Notes: generated from the letters alone by a model not told the origin. Positions 27,643-37,519 are shown, counted from the first letter of the stretch. The stretch: 40,185 bases of DNA from a bacterium (GCA_035267465.1 DATFLS010000364.1:1-40185); one strand, 5' to 3'. Numbers and translations are program-made.

Positions 27643-28296
27643 CTAACCCGCGTTCTTCAGGCGAAAGACAATCGGGATGGAATACCAGACGCCGACCGCC
27701 CGATCGCGCTGTTTTGCCGGTTTCCACTTGGTTCTTTGCACGGCTTCAATGGCCGCCTCGTTCAGGCCGGTTTTCGGCACGCCCTTCACAATCACTACTT
27801 CTTCCACACTTCCTTCTTGGTTAATGAACGCCTGAACGATCACCGTTCCTTCCACCCCGGCTTCTTTGGCGATTTCCGGATACTTGATTGCCCGTTGCAG
27901 CGCCTGCATACCCCCAATCAATTCAGGGGGTTCATCATAGGGAATGAACTTAACCTTGGGGCCTTCTTCCGGAGCGGGCGGGGGAGCTTCCGAGGCTTCG
28001 AATTCCTGAAATGTGGTCTCTTCAATGGTGACATCTTCTGCGATATCTTCGTTCTCGGATGCCACCGGAACTGTGGGCCTTGAAGGTGCCGGCGGTCTCT
28101 CATACTGCTGGGTTTCCGGAATCTCTACGTTCTCAATCTGAACGTTGGGCTGTTCAATTTCGGTCTCCTTCTGCTCCATCCGCGGAACGGCGACCAACAC
28201 CGCAGTAAGCAGCAGGAGCGAGAGAATCAGCGAGATCCGGATCACCTTCCCATACTTCGCCTTGAGTGATACTTCTGGTTTTGTACGTGTAATCAT
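27643..28296 (-). CDS. tonB: Energy transducer TonB
   Basis: 217 aa with an N-terminal TM anchor (ISLILSLLLLTAVLVAV). A Pro/Glu-rich spacer (PPAPSRPTVPV, EAPPPAPEEGPK) precedes a C-terminal TonB domain (YPEIAKEAGVEGTVIVQAFINQEGSV...VGVWYSIPIVFRLK). Confidence 0.9.
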   Translation of the reverse strand: MITRTKPEVSLKAKYGKVIRISLILSLLLLTAVLVAVPRMEQKETEIEQPNVQIENVEIPETQQYERPPAPSRPTVPVASENEDIAEDVTIEETTFQEFEASEAPPPAPEEGPKVKFIPYDEPPELIGGMQALQRAIKYPEIAKEAGVEGTVIVQAFINQEGSVEEVVIVKGVPKTGLNEAAIEAVQRTKWKPAKQRDRAVGVWYSIPIVFRLKNAG

Positions 28297-28298
28297 AG

Positions 28299-28706
28299 CT
28301 AGGCTTCTGTTCTTGATGAGTAGTTTATCTTCAATGCATCTGCCTCGCGCAATTCCTGATGAAAATCAGTAATCAGGCCCATATTGGAGCCCTTATCGGC
28401 GCGAAGCGAGACCGTAATCTGTGGATCGTTTACTCTCTTCTCATACATGATATGCCGGACATTATCCATCTCCATCAGTTTATCATCAATGGATACTGTC
28501 CCATCTTTGGCAATCCATACGTACGTGACATGCCGCTTCGTTTCCAGCTTCTCAATCTTCTCCGCCTCAGGAAGAATAACGCTCAGACCCTGATATTCTT
28601 TCAGCACTGTAGACACCATAAAGAATATTAGCAGCATGAAAATAATATCCGGAAGTGAAGAAGTCGGGATGTCACCGCTTGATTCTTCTTTTCGTTTGAA
28701 TTTCAT
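28299..28706 (-). CDS. exbD: Biopolymer transporter ExbD/TolR family
   Basis: 135 aa with a single N-terminal TM (LPDIIFMLLIFFMVST) and a periplasmic domain. The gene ends 2 nt before the tonB start. Confidence 0.88.
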   Translation of the reverse strand: MKFKRKEESSGDIPTSSLPDIIFMLLIFFMVSTVLKEYQGLSVILPEAEKIEKLETKRHVTYVWIAKDGTVSIDDKLMEMDNVRHIMYEKRVNDPQITVSLRADKGSNMGLITDFHQELREADALKINYSSRTEA

Positions 28707-28730
28707 GGTATTCTGTCTTTTGGCTTAGTA

Positions 28731-29135
28731 TTATTCCGGGTTCGCGATTGAAATACGATTGGCATTCGCCTGCTTCAGCTCATCCAACACATCCACATAT
28801 CGCTGGTACGTGGTTCGTCTGTCCGTTTTCACAGAGATGATCAGGTTCGGGTTCTCCGCCATCTTCTGCCGGACAAGGGGCTCGACGTCCCGAAGTGCCA
28901 CCTGATCTTCATCCAGCAAAATCTGACCACGAGCATTGATCAACAGATTGCTGATGTTTTTCTTGGAGACTTCGGTTTGCTCGCCTTTCGCCGGGAGTAC
29001 GATTCCCAATCCTTTGTCCATATCGATGGTTGTCGTTACCAGAAAGAAGATAAGCAGCAAGAAAGCGATATCGGCCAGTGATGCCATCGGTATTTCGACG
29101 TTTCGTTCTCTTCGTCCTTCTGTGAGTTTTGGCAT
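28731..29135 (-). CDS. exbD: Biopolymer transporter ExbD/TolR family
   Basis: 134 aa with the typical N-terminus IPMASLADIAFLLLIFFLVTT. It is the second exbD paralog in the operon. Confidence 0.88.
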   Translation of the reverse strand: MPKLTEGRRERNVEIPMASLADIAFLLLIFFLVTTTIDMDKGLGIVLPAKGEQTEVSKKNISNLLINARGQILLDEDQVALRDVEPLVRQKMAENPNLIISVKTDRRTTYQRYVDVLDELKQANANRISIANPE

Positions 29136-29198
29136 TTACTTATACCTCATTGCTAATGTCTGAGACAACTGTGGCGCCCTGATCTGGCTTCGAATCAA

Positions 29199-29858
29199 TT
29201 ATGATCCGGAAGCTGCGGCAGGCGTTGCGCCCCTCTCCAGCTGTCCTTTTTCATCCATGTCCACCAAGGTATCTACCAATTTCACTGATCCTTCTTCCAT
29301 ATCAATGATGATCTTATCGATACGGGAGACGAATAAATTATGAAAGAACTGAATTATAATTGCCACAATCAGCCCGAAGAGCGTTGTCAGCAATGCCACC
29401 GAGATACCACCAGCCACAATGGACGGCGAAATATCATTGGCTTTTTCGATATCCTGGAACGCCATAATCATCCCCCACACCGTTCCGGTAAATCCGAGCA
29501 TGGGAGCAATCGCAATGACCGTTGAAAGCCAGGTAAGCCCGCGTTCCAGAAATGACATTTCTATGCTCCCGGCATTTTCGATGGCTTTCTCCACTTCATC
29601 AATACCACGATGCACTCTGGACAATCCGGCATGGAAAATTTCGGCAACGGGACCAGGCGTATTTTCACATACTTCCAGTGCTCCGGGCACTCCGTCCTCT
29701 TCAAGAGCAGATTGCACATTATTCAATAGCTTCCGCGTACTGATCGACGCTCTGGCGAGAGTATAAAATCGCTCTAAACAAATCATCAATCCAATGATAA
29801 GTAATGCGAGAATCGGATACATAAATCCGCCACCTTGATGGAATAGCTCAATTAACAT
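29199..29858 (-). CDS. exbB: MotA/TolQ/ExbB proton-channel protein
   Basis: 219 aa with three TM segments and the conserved segment APMLGFTGTVWGMIMAF. An SD (AGGAGAAAGG) lies upstream. It is the first gene of the exbB-exbD-exbD-tonB unit. Confidence 0.9.
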   Translation of the reverse strand: MLIELFHQGGGFMYPILALLIIGLMICLERFYTLARASISTRKLLNNVQSALEEDGVPGALEVCENTPGPVAEIFHAGLSRVHRGIDEVEKAIENAGSIEMSFLERGLTWLSTVIAIAPMLGFTGTVWGMIMAFQDIEKANDISPSIVAGGISVALLTTLFGLIVAIIIQFFHNLFVSRIDKIIIDMEEGSVKLVDTLVDMDEKGQLERGATPAAASGS

Positions 29859-29931
29859 AAGTTCTTACCTTTCTCCTGTTACACACTTTAATCGTTCAAA
29901 GATTCTCTTGATTTAGGCCCCTGCATTTTTG

Positions 29932-29961
29932 AATATAATCTAATTTTTGCGCAAATGTCAA
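29932..29961 (-). promoter_or_regulatory. Candidate sigma70 promoter for exbB operon
   Basis: On the minus strand there is TTGACA (plus coordinates 29956-29961), an 18-nt spacer, then TATATT (29932-29937). It lies about 75 nt upstream of the exbB ATG. Confidence 0.5.
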
Positions 29962-30010
29962 GCATTTAACCGGTGATACCCTGCGCTGCCTTTCGGCCAA
30001 TTCACCGGCG

Positions 30011-31630
30011 TCACCGTTCACTATATTCTGCTATAGCAAGTTCTTTCGCCTGGGGTAAATACTCCAGAGCTTTCTGTACCTGGTTGTCCATCTGGAGCCG
30101 GATGGCGTATTGCTGATCTTTCCCCCAGAGATTTGAGGCGATTTCCGATTTAACCAAATTCTTGATATAGGGTAAGTCTTCAGAGAATTCCTCTTCATCA
30201 AATTCATGATCCCGGGAACGGATAAACGCCTTCAGCTGGGATATTGCTGTCTGGTCGAGATCGAAATTGGCTGCAAATGCCTGGAAATTTTGACCGTTTA
30301 ACTCCGGATGATCGGCCACGTACTGTGAGGCATATTCGAAGAACATCCGTGCCGCATTTAATTGCAGAGTCGTCTGGGTCGGACTGTACTCTCTGGGAAT
30401 GGGAATATCCGGCGTGATACCGCCGCCTCCGTAGACGGTCCGGCCACCTCTGGTATGATATTCGGGGCGTTCTGTGGTATCCGCTCTCGCCACCGAATCG
30501 GCCGCCATTTCTTCTTCCTGAGAGCGCTCGTAGATCGCGCGGTAGTATTCCTCCGCACCATTTTCATACGGACGCTGAATCAATCGGCCGCTGGGTGTAT
30601 AGTACCGGGCGACGGTTACCCGGATGGCCGATCCGTCCCGCATCTGCCACTGCCGCTGTACCAGGCCCTTGCCAAAGCTGGTTTCACCAACGATCAGGGC
30701 GCGATCCAGATCCTGTAATGCTCCCGAGACAATTTCACTGGCGCTTGCCGACCCGCGATTGATCAGAACCACGACCGGAAACCGGTGATGAGTTGCCCGA
30801 TCCGTTGAGAAGAATTCTTCATTGGCCGAGGGAATACGTCCTTTGGTGTATACGATCTTCTGGCCTCCAGCAACAAATTTATCAACAAGCTTGATGGCCT
30901 GATCCATGTATCCGCCGGCATTATTCCGAAGATCGATCACCAGATGCTCCATCCCCTGGGATTCCAACTTGTCTAACGCTTCCTCAAATTCTCCGGAGGT
31001 GTTCCGTGCAAACCGGTTCAATCGAATATAGCCGGTCGCGTGGTGGCCGGGTATGAGAACAGCAGCTAGCACGCTGGCAATAGGAATATCATCTCTGGTG
31101 ATAGTGAAATCCAGGCTGTCTGACTGGCCCGGTCGAATCACGGTGACATCGACCTGAGTGCCCTTGGGGCCTCTGAGCTTATCGAACACACCCTGCTGGG
31201 TAATACCCTGCGCCGATTCGCCTTCGATGACCACTATTTTATCTCCGGCCTGAATGCCAACCTGATCTGCGGGAGCGCCGGGGATCGGGGAAATCACCGT
31301 GATATATCCCTCGATAATATCAAATTCAATCCCAATCCCCTGAAATTCACCCTCAAACTGCTCGTTGATATCATCCACCCGTTTCTTGGGAATATAGACC
31401 GAATGGGGATCTAACTGTTCCAGCAGGCCATTATAGGCACCGGACATCACCTCATTCCATTCCACATCCTCGACATAGTTATCATTAATAATACTGACCA
31501 TGTCAGAGAAGACGTTCAGCTTCTGGTATAGGTCATTGGCCGAGGCAATGATGTGTTGCCCGGGAGGGCTGACCAGAAAAAGACTTGTAATAACAAGGAC
31601 AATTAGTGATCCGGTAAGGTATTTCTTCAT
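30011..31630 (-). CDS. S41 family carboxyl-terminal processing protease (Ctp/Prc-like)
   Basis: 539 aa with an N-terminal signal/anchor and a PDZ-like region (GIGIEFDIIEGYITVISPIPGAPADQVGIQAGDKIVVIEG). The catalytic Ser context is LINRGSASASEIVSGALQD and the Lys context is GETSFGKGLVQ. Confidence 0.9.
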   Translation of the reverse strand: MKKYLTGSLIVLVITSLFLVSPPGQHIIASANDLYQKLNVFSDMVSIINDNYVEDVEWNEVMSGAYNGLLEQLDPHSVYIPKKRVDDINEQFEGEFQGIGIEFDIIEGYITVISPIPGAPADQVGIQAGDKIVVIEGESAQGITQQGVFDKLRGPKGTQVDVTVIRPGQSDSLDFTITRDDIPIASVLAAVLIPGHHATGYIRLNRFARNTSGEFEEALDKLESQGMEHLVIDLRNNAGGYMDQAIKLVDKFVAGGQKIVYTKGRIPSANEEFFSTDRATHHRFPVVVLINRGSASASEIVSGALQDLDRALIVGETSFGKGLVQRQWQMRDGSAIRVTVARYYTPSGRLIQRPYENGAEEYYRAIYERSQEEEMAADSVARADTTERPEYHTRGGRTVYGGGGITPDIPIPREYSPTQTTLQLNAARMFFEYASQYVADHPELNGQNFQAFAANFDLDQTAISQLKAFIRSRDHEFDEEEFSEDLPYIKNLVKSEIASNLWGKDQQYAIRLQMDNQVQKALEYLPQAKELAIAEYSER

Positions 31631-31833
31631 ATATGTATCTTCCTGTCCGCTATATCAATTTAGTTGTATATGATGTTAAATTCAGCGATGTTCCCTCTCC
31701 TCAGCAGATTCCCGCAACTAGTCTGATCGATTTCGCCATCACGAATCCCAGATCACCAACCGTCTGTCCACCAGAGTTTCGCAGAATCATTATAAATTAA
31801 CGCAGGAACACTTTTAAAATAGAAAATTACGCA

Positions 31834-31875
31834 GGGACAAACAAATACAATTTCCGCTTGTCCCCGGTATTTTTT
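31834..31875 (-). terminator. Possible terminator hairpin downstream of lpxK
   Basis: A 7-bp stem pairs GGGACAA (31834-40) with TTGTCCC (31858-64) around a 17-nt loop. T-rich tracts flank it on both strands (plus T6 at 31870-75; minus TAATTTTCTATTTT). It begins 22 nt after the lpxK stop. Confidence 0.35.
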
Positions 31876-31896
31876 CGTTCCGCAGGCTCCGTATCG

Positions 31897-32955
31897 CTAG
31901 GAAAAACGCACATCTCGTTTAATCGCCTCGATCAAGGGCGGGGAGAACTGAAAATCCGGGGTCACGAAGAAGATATTTTGGTGCGCGACCATTGCCGGTT
32001 CCCATTTGACGAAATCCTTGGCAGTCATGAGAAGATACCGGGCGTCACTGGCAGCGAACTGTTCCAGAATTCGTCGTTGTTCCTGCCCGGGAAAGGCAAA
32101 ATGATCGGGATATGATTGAAACCGGGTAATCTGCACCGGCAACCTGGTTAGAGCGCTGCGAAAGGACCGCTGATCTCCGATCCCCGTCACTACGAAGATT
32201 TTCGGGGGTTCCCGGAAGTCCCTCAGATCGATGTGTGTCTGTTGAACCGGATTTCGTAAAACCGGTGTGGTGTATTTTACGCCCCGGAATATCCGGGCGC
32301 TGGTAAATTTGCGAATCAGATGCTCCCCGGCTTTCCAATCCACCTCGTCGTTTGGTGCGACAATTACCGGATGCGTTGCACGTTTCAGGGCGGCCAGCGG
32401 CTCCCGGAGCCGGCCGGCCGGCAGCAGCCGCTCGTTACCTGTGAGATCATCGAGTGGCAAAAGGACAATGTCACTGTCCCGCTGGAGCGCCCGGTGCTGA
32501 AATCCATCGTCCATAATAATTACATCACAGCCATATTGTGTTCGGGCAATTCGGGCCGCATCCACCCGGTTTTCATCAACGACTACAATGGCGGCAGGCA
32601 GCACGGTACTCAACATAAATGGTTCATCACCCGCCATTTCGACGGTCACCACCGGGCCGTCCCCTTCACTGACGACGACCTGACCTGAAGAGCTCCGTCG
32701 GTACCCACGGCTGATAATGGCCGGTCGGAACCCGGCCCGGATCAAGGCCTCCGCCACATATCTCACGCACGGAGTTTTACCGCTGCCGCCTACCCGCAGA
32801 TTCCCCACACTGATGACCGGGATGTCTATGCGGGTCGATTGGCACCACTGGCGATCATAACACACATTTCTGAACGATACCCCCAGGCGATACAACCAGC
32901 TCAGCGGCAGTAATAACGCTGACAGCTCACTGTCGAAAATATTGATCTGCTTCAT
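31897..32955 (-). CDS. lpxK: Tetraacyldisaccharide 4'-kinase
   Basis: 352 aa with the P-loop in the characteristic LpxK context PVISVGNLRVGGSGKTP. It overlaps the 3' end of the upstream DUF374 gene by 29 nt. Confidence 0.9.
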   Translation of the reverse strand: MKQINIFDSELSALLLPLSWLYRLGVSFRNVCYDRQWCQSTRIDIPVISVGNLRVGGSGKTPCVRYVAEALIRAGFRPAIISRGYRRSSSGQVVVSEGDGPVVTVEMAGDEPFMLSTVLPAAIVVVDENRVDAARIARTQYGCDVIIMDDGFQHRALQRDSDIVLLPLDDLTGNERLLPAGRLREPLAALKRATHPVIVAPNDEVDWKAGEHLIRKFTSARIFRGVKYTTPVLRNPVQQTHIDLRDFREPPKIFVVTGIGDQRSFRSALTRLPVQITRFQSYPDHFAFPGQEQRRILEQFAASDARYLLMTAKDFVKWEPAMVAHQNIFFVTPDFQFSPPLIEAIKRDVRFS

Positions 32956-33616
32956 CCTGCAATTGACTCAAGGACACTTGAATTTTTTGGAGAGTTGCCG
33001 GGAGTACGTCCTTCCTGTTGCCTGAAATCTGTTCGGGATAAACGGGTTCACCGAACATGACTATGTTGTGTGCGAATGGTAGAGGGAGGTAAAACCGATC
33101 CCAGCTGTTCGTGATTATTTTCTTCCGGCTGGAATTCGAGGCCAGTGGGAGTACCACCGCTTGCGTTTCCTGAGAGATCCTGGCCGTACCCGGCTTGCAT
33201 TTCCGATAAGGTCCTATGGGCCCGTCCGTCGTGATGGCAATGGTATTGGTAGAATCCGTGGCAAGCTCCAATCCCTTTTCCAGGGCTTCTATTCCGCGAT
33301 CCCGGCTCGATCCCCGAATCATAAAATATCCCAGCCGTTTCAACATTCGTGCAATCATCTCCGCATCCCGATGGTAGCCGACCATGGTGTGAATCCCCTG
33401 ATTGCGCATCATATATATTGGCGCCAGCATCTGTCCGTGCCAGAGTGCCAGGATAACACTCCTTCCGGAATCACGCAGCTGCAGATATCGTTCGTGATGG
33501 ATAAATTCATTTCTCGAGAAGATGAATAACGAGCGCAAAAAGTAAGGCCCCGTCAATGCCCCCAGGGAAAATTTGAATCGTTTCCACCAATATTTGCGCT
33601 TCCGGGCAGCAGGCAT
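32927..33616 (-). CDS. DUF374 lysophospholipid-acyltransferase-like protein
   Basis: 229 aa. The LWHGQMLAP motif, and a position between lpxB and lpxK, are typical of the DUF374 family often linked to waaA/lpxK. Its ATG overlaps the lpxB TGA (ATGA at 33614-33618). Confidence 0.7.
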   Translation of the reverse strand: MPAARKRKYWWKRFKFSLGALTGPYFLRSLFIFSRNEFIHHERYLQLRDSGRSVILALWHGQMLAPIYMMRNQGIHTMVGYHRDAEMIARMLKRLGYFMIRGSSRDRGIEALEKGLELATDSTNTIAITTDGPIGPYRKCKPGTARISQETQAVVLPLASNSSRKKIITNSWDRFYLPLPFAHNIVMFGEPVYPEQISGNRKDVLPATLQKIQVSLSQLQDEADQYFRQ

Positions 33617-34764
33617 CAGATCTCTCTTCCGGAGTTTTGAAGTTCATGAGCTATCGAAACCGCAACGCGTTTTCCGGCACCCGGCTCTCCCAGTTTCTCT
33701 CTGATTTCCGACAATGCGTTCTGGACTGAGTGATAATGCTCAGGGTCTTCCAGGTATCTCACTACCGCCGGTGCGATATTCTTGCTGATCGCCTGATCCT
33801 GCAGGAATTCCGGCACCACCTTTTTTCCTGCCACGATATTTGCCAACCCGATATAGTCCATCCTGACCAGCAAATGTCCGAGCCACCAGGTGAGGGGATT
33901 CATCCGATAAATAATCACCATCGGCGTACCAAAATAGGCGGTTTCCAGAGTCGCACTGCCGGAGGCGACAATCACGACCTGACTGTATTTCATCACCTCG
34001 TAAGTGTATCCCTGCACAACCTGAATATCACCGGGAGGGAGATGACCATCGAGATCCGCCAGGGATAAATCCGGCGCCAGGGCCAGAAGGAACTGCAGTG
34101 GCCGGGAAACAGCGGACTGCAATTCTTTCACCGATTGGAACATGACCGTCAGGTGCCGGTCAATTTCCTGCTTCCGGCTCCCGGGGAGCAATCCGATGGT
34201 GGTGGCCTGTGGATCTCCTCCCGTGTTTCGGAAAAATTCTTCTCTGGACTGAACATCCTGTACTTCTTCGGCCAGCGGATGTCCCACGAATTCCACGGGA
34301 ATTTGATGATCTTTGTATAACTGCTCCTCGAACGGAAAAATCACGAATATCTTGTGCACCAAGCGTTGCATTTTTCGCAGCCGCCTTTGACCCCATGCCC
34401 ATACCTGGGGAGATATATAGTAGTACACGGGGATCTCAAATTTCCTCATCCGCCGGGCAAATCGTAAATTGAAGCCCGGATAATCTATCAGGATCACTGC
34501 ATCGGGCTTGTGCTCCTGTGCCCACCTGACCATGCTGTCCATGACCCCCTTGATGAACGGAAGATGCTTCACCACCTCGGCAAACCCCATGAGCGACATC
34601 TCTTTGATGTGGTAGAGGAGGTGCATACCGGCATCCGCCATTTTGTTCCCCCCGATCCCCACAATCCGGACATCAGGGAGCAGGAGCCGGAGATGCGACA
34701 CCAGGGCTGCACCATGAGTGTCACCGGAGGTTTCGCCAGCAATGATAAGTATTTTTTTCCTCAT
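33616..34764 (-). CDS. lpxB: Lipid-A-disaccharide synthase
   Basis: The N-terminus MRKKILIIAGETSGDTHGAALV matches the LpxB signature (AGE.SGD..GA.L). I use ATG 34764, because the ORF-track start 34854 adds 30 non-conserved residues and would overlap the upstream gene. Confidence 0.9.
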   Translation of the reverse strand: MRKKILIIAGETSGDTHGAALVSHLRLLLPDVRIVGIGGNKMADAGMHLLYHIKEMSLMGFAEVVKHLPFIKGVMDSMVRWAQEHKPDAVILIDYPGFNLRFARRMRKFEIPVYYYISPQVWAWGQRRLRKMQRLVHKIFVIFPFEEQLYKDHQIPVEFVGHPLAEEVQDVQSREEFFRNTGGDPQATTIGLLPGSRKQEIDRHLTVMFQSVKELQSAVSRPLQFLLALAPDLSLADLDGHLPPGDIQVVQGYTYEVMKYSQVVIVASGSATLETAYFGTPMVIIYRMNPLTWWLGHLLVRMDYIGLANIVAGKKVVPEFLQDQAISKNIAPAVVRYLEDPEHYHSVQNALSEIREKLGEPGAGKRVAVSIAHELQNSGREI

Positions 34765-34825
34765 GATATTCGGGTAAAATAGAGTGAGGGGTTCCTCGAA
34801 ATCGTGAATCTGAGCACCCGGTCCA

Positions 34826-35413
34826 CTACAGGTGAAGGTACAGCCATTTTCCACCCAGTAGAATGAGTACCATCGCCATATTCATCAGAGTACTTTTTTC
34901 TGGCTTCAGTGTTTCCCGGATTGAAAAATGTTCCCGGGAGGGCCGGACTGTATTTCCCCAGGGACGTAAACCCGGAATAAATCTGCCGACATGTTTTCGG
35001 TAGCTCTCATAATGTTCGCCGAACATCTCCTCCAGGGTTGTCTCTTCCAGCGAAATAATCAACAAGTATTGGATGGTGAAGAAGATGATGGCGATGAGGA
35101 ATAGTTCCCACATCCAGGGACCGGAGGCAATAAAGACGATTCCTGCATAGATGAACATGTTCCCGAGATACAAGGGATTTCGGACATATCCGTACGGTCC
35201 GGACGTAACAAGTGACGGCGCTCCCACCTCACGGGTTCTGGTGGCGCCACCGGCGTGACGTACAGCCCAGAACCGTATCGCCTCCCCCAGGAACAGCAGC
35301 CCGAATCCGGGTACGATCCAGGGCAATCCGGGATGCGCCTGATACAGGAGCAGCAGAACGAGTGGGATAGGGGTATAGCTCCGATACTTGAAAAAGCAGT
35401 GGGCTATCTTCAT
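34826..35413 (-). CDS. ICMT/PEMT-family membrane methyltransferase (LmtA-like candidate)
   Basis: 195 aa, polytopic membrane protein. It has the C-terminal signature LVTSGPYGYVRNPLYLGNMFIYAG of isoprenylcysteine carboxyl / phospholipid methyltransferase families. Its ATG overlaps the TGA of the upstream Gfo/Idh/MocA gene (ATGA at 35410-35413). Confidence 0.75.
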   Translation of the reverse strand: MKIAHCFFKYRSYTPIPLVLLLLYQAHPGLPWIVPGFGLLFLGEAIRFWAVRHAGGATRTREVGAPSLVTSGPYGYVRNPLYLGNMFIYAGIVFIASGPWMWELFLIAIIFFTIQYLLIISLEETTLEEMFGEHYESYRKHVGRFIPGLRPWGNTVRPSREHFSIRETLKPEKSTLMNMAMVLILLGGKWLYLHL

Positions 35414-36399
35414 TCCGTGGAGACCGAGGATTCCTGAATCTTTTGCTGGATTAACTGTGCCACTTCGAGTGCCCGCAAGCCCTCGGATCCGGATACTGCC
35501 GGACTTTGCTGCTTGTTTACAGCCTGACCAAAGGCTCTGAGCTCCTCCTGAAGCGCATTGATTTCCGGTACCGGCAGCTGCTCATAAATGATGTGCTTCT
35601 TTTCATTCTGGTACTGCATATCACCCAGTATCACCGGGATGGCTCCCTCATTGTGCTGTCCCGGTTCCCGTAACTGGTAGATTTCTGTGGTATTATTATG
35701 AAAGTCCACCGAGATATACGCCGCCTGCTGAAATATGCGCAATTTTCGCATTGATTTCTGGGAGATTCTGCTCGCCGTAATATTGGCCACACAGCCGTTC
35801 TCGAAAGTCAGCCGGGCATTGGCAATGTCGATTGAGTCGGTCACAACGGCAACACCTGAGGCAGCCACCTCACTGACCGGACTTTTCACCAGCGACTGGA
35901 TGATATCAATATCGTGGATCATCAGATCCAGCACCACGGCCACATCGGTTCCCCGGGGTTGGAATTGCGAGAGCCGGTGGGATTCTATAAATCTTGGGTC
36001 CAGCGGGAAATCCTTGAGCGCAAGGATGGCCGGATTAAATCGTTCAATATGCCCGACCTGGACAATCAACTCCCTGTCAGCGGCGAGTTCGACGATGTCC
36101 CTGGCCTCATCGAGCGTACGGGCAATCGGCTTCTCCACAAAGATAGGTTTCCCCGCCTGCAGGGACTGGAGAGCCAATGAATGGTGATCCTTCGTGGGGA
36201 CCACAATATCTATGGCATCCACATCTCCCAGCATCTCCTGAAACGTTTGATACACCACAACCCCCTTCTCACGTTCCCGTTCCTGCACCCCCGGATCGAT
36301 GTCGAAGCATCCTGCGAACTCCAGTTCCGGGAGGTCCTGCAATATCCGGAGATGGTGTTTCCCCAGATGGCCAACTCCTGCTAATCCGATGCGAAACAT
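35410..36399 (-). CDS. Gfo/Idh/MocA family NAD-dependent oxidoreductase (GnnA-like candidate)
   Basis: It has the N-terminal Rossmann motif MFRIGLAGVGHLGKHH and the EKP motif (IFVEKPIA) typical of the Gfo/Idh/MocA family. I place the start at ATG 36399, because the ORF-track start 36423 is a TTG. Confidence 0.8.
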   Translation of the reverse strand: MFRIGLAGVGHLGKHHLRILQDLPELEFAGCFDIDPGVQEREREKGVVVYQTFQEMLGDVDAIDIVVPTKDHHSLALQSLQAGKPIFVEKPIARTLDEARDIVELAADRELIVQVGHIERFNPAILALKDFPLDPRFIESHRLSQFQPRGTDVAVVLDLMIHDIDIIQSLVKSPVSEVAASGVAVVTDSIDIANARLTFENGCVANITASRISQKSMRKLRIFQQAAYISVDFHNNTTEIYQLREPGQHNEGAIPVILGDMQYQNEKKHIIYEQLPVPEINALQEELRAFGQAVNKQQSPAVSGSEGLRALEVAQLIQQKIQESSVSTE

Positions 36400-36660
36400 A
36401 CGACAAGATAAGCAGGAAGACAATTCTCTCCAATGGTTTTATCGCACCCAAAAACTGCTTTCCCGAAGGAGAACAATTCCGCATTTTCGGGATAACCTGT
36501 CCCAGGGAAGTGGGGACCCCGCGTCATCGGAGAAACAGATTGTTCCGGGATATTCAACAAATACTTGCATTCAAGATGTCAGAAAATAATATTACCAGAT
36601 GATATTCACGAGATTGCATATCACCTTCCCCTCAACAGTTCGCAGAAAGCTCGGTCCTCA

Positions 36661-37395
36661 ATGACATCGAAAATTCAAGTGCGCACTCTCTCGGTCCGCG
36701 ATGAAATTACTCCTGATCTGATCTGGAGTAAATACTCCGTCATACAACAGCTTGTGTTCTGGATTCTCGCGATTGCTGCCTGGCATTTACTGCAGTGGTT
36801 GGGCGGCACCTACCCGCAGTTCACCATTCCCATCTGGCGGTACACCATACGGGTGCGATCGTACTTCTACACGGGTGATTTTGCCGGGATGGTTTTGCTC
36901 GGACTTCTCGCCGGGGCAGGAATTTTGGCAGTGATACTGGTCGGTGATTATCTGGTGGCAAAAATCAGAAATGAGCCGCCCCTCAAACACATCCTGCGCA
37001 ACCGTCATATTCTTCCCCGGACCAGTAAGCAACAACATCTCGCACTCCTCATCGGGGTAAATGCGGGTGTATTCGAAGAAATTTTTTTTAGAGGCGGCAT
37101 ATTTGCGTTTCTCCTGTTTGTCTTTCAATCCACAGAATTGGCTATTCTGGTCACTTCGGTGATTTTTGCTCTGCTGCACGCACCGCTTCAGGGCTGGTAC
37201 AGCAGTGTGTTAATTTTTCTGGTGGGGGTCTTCCTGAACCTTCTGATGCTCTACACGGGATCCTATTATGCGCCGATATTTTGCCACATCCTGGTGAACA
37301 TCGGGAATCTGTTCATCATTCCCGCCTTTTTCGAACAGAAACTCCGGGACCCGGTGAACCGGTCCACCTTCATGGAAAAACATCCCGAATCCTGA
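36661..37395 (+). CDS. CPBP family intramembrane glutamic endopeptidase (CAAX protease-like)
   Basis: Multi-TM protein with the CPBP motifs EEIFFRG, FALLHAP and FCHILVN. The first in-frame ATG is at 36661; the ORF-track start 36565 is a TTG. Confidence 0.8.
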   Translation: MTSKIQVRTLSVRDEITPDLIWSKYSVIQQLVFWILAIAAWHLLQWLGGTYPQFTIPIWRYTIRVRSYFYTGDFAGMVLLGLLAGAGILAVILVGDYLVAKIRNEPPLKHILRNRHILPRTSKQQHLALLIGVNAGVFEEIFFRGGIFAFLLFVFQSTELAILVTSVIFALLHAPLQGWYSSVLIFLVGVFLNLLMLYTGSYYAPIFCHILVNIGNLFIIPAFFEQKLRDPVNRSTFMEKHPES

Positions 37396-37519
37396 CAAGA
37401 AACAGTATGAGTACTTGAGCCGGAGAATTCAAGTGTTCAGGGCCAACTCCTCCCCTGTGGCAGAAGCTGGCCCCGTCGCATTGATAATGTCCGGATGAAT
37501 CTCCTATATTTTAACAACC

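Noticed and set aside
34765-34854. N-terminal 30-aa extension of LpxB (MENGCTFTCSGPG...).
   Set aside because: The conserved LpxB N-terminus begins at MRKKILIIAGETSGD (ATG 34764). The extension would overlap the upstream methyltransferase gene and has no LpxB-like sequence.
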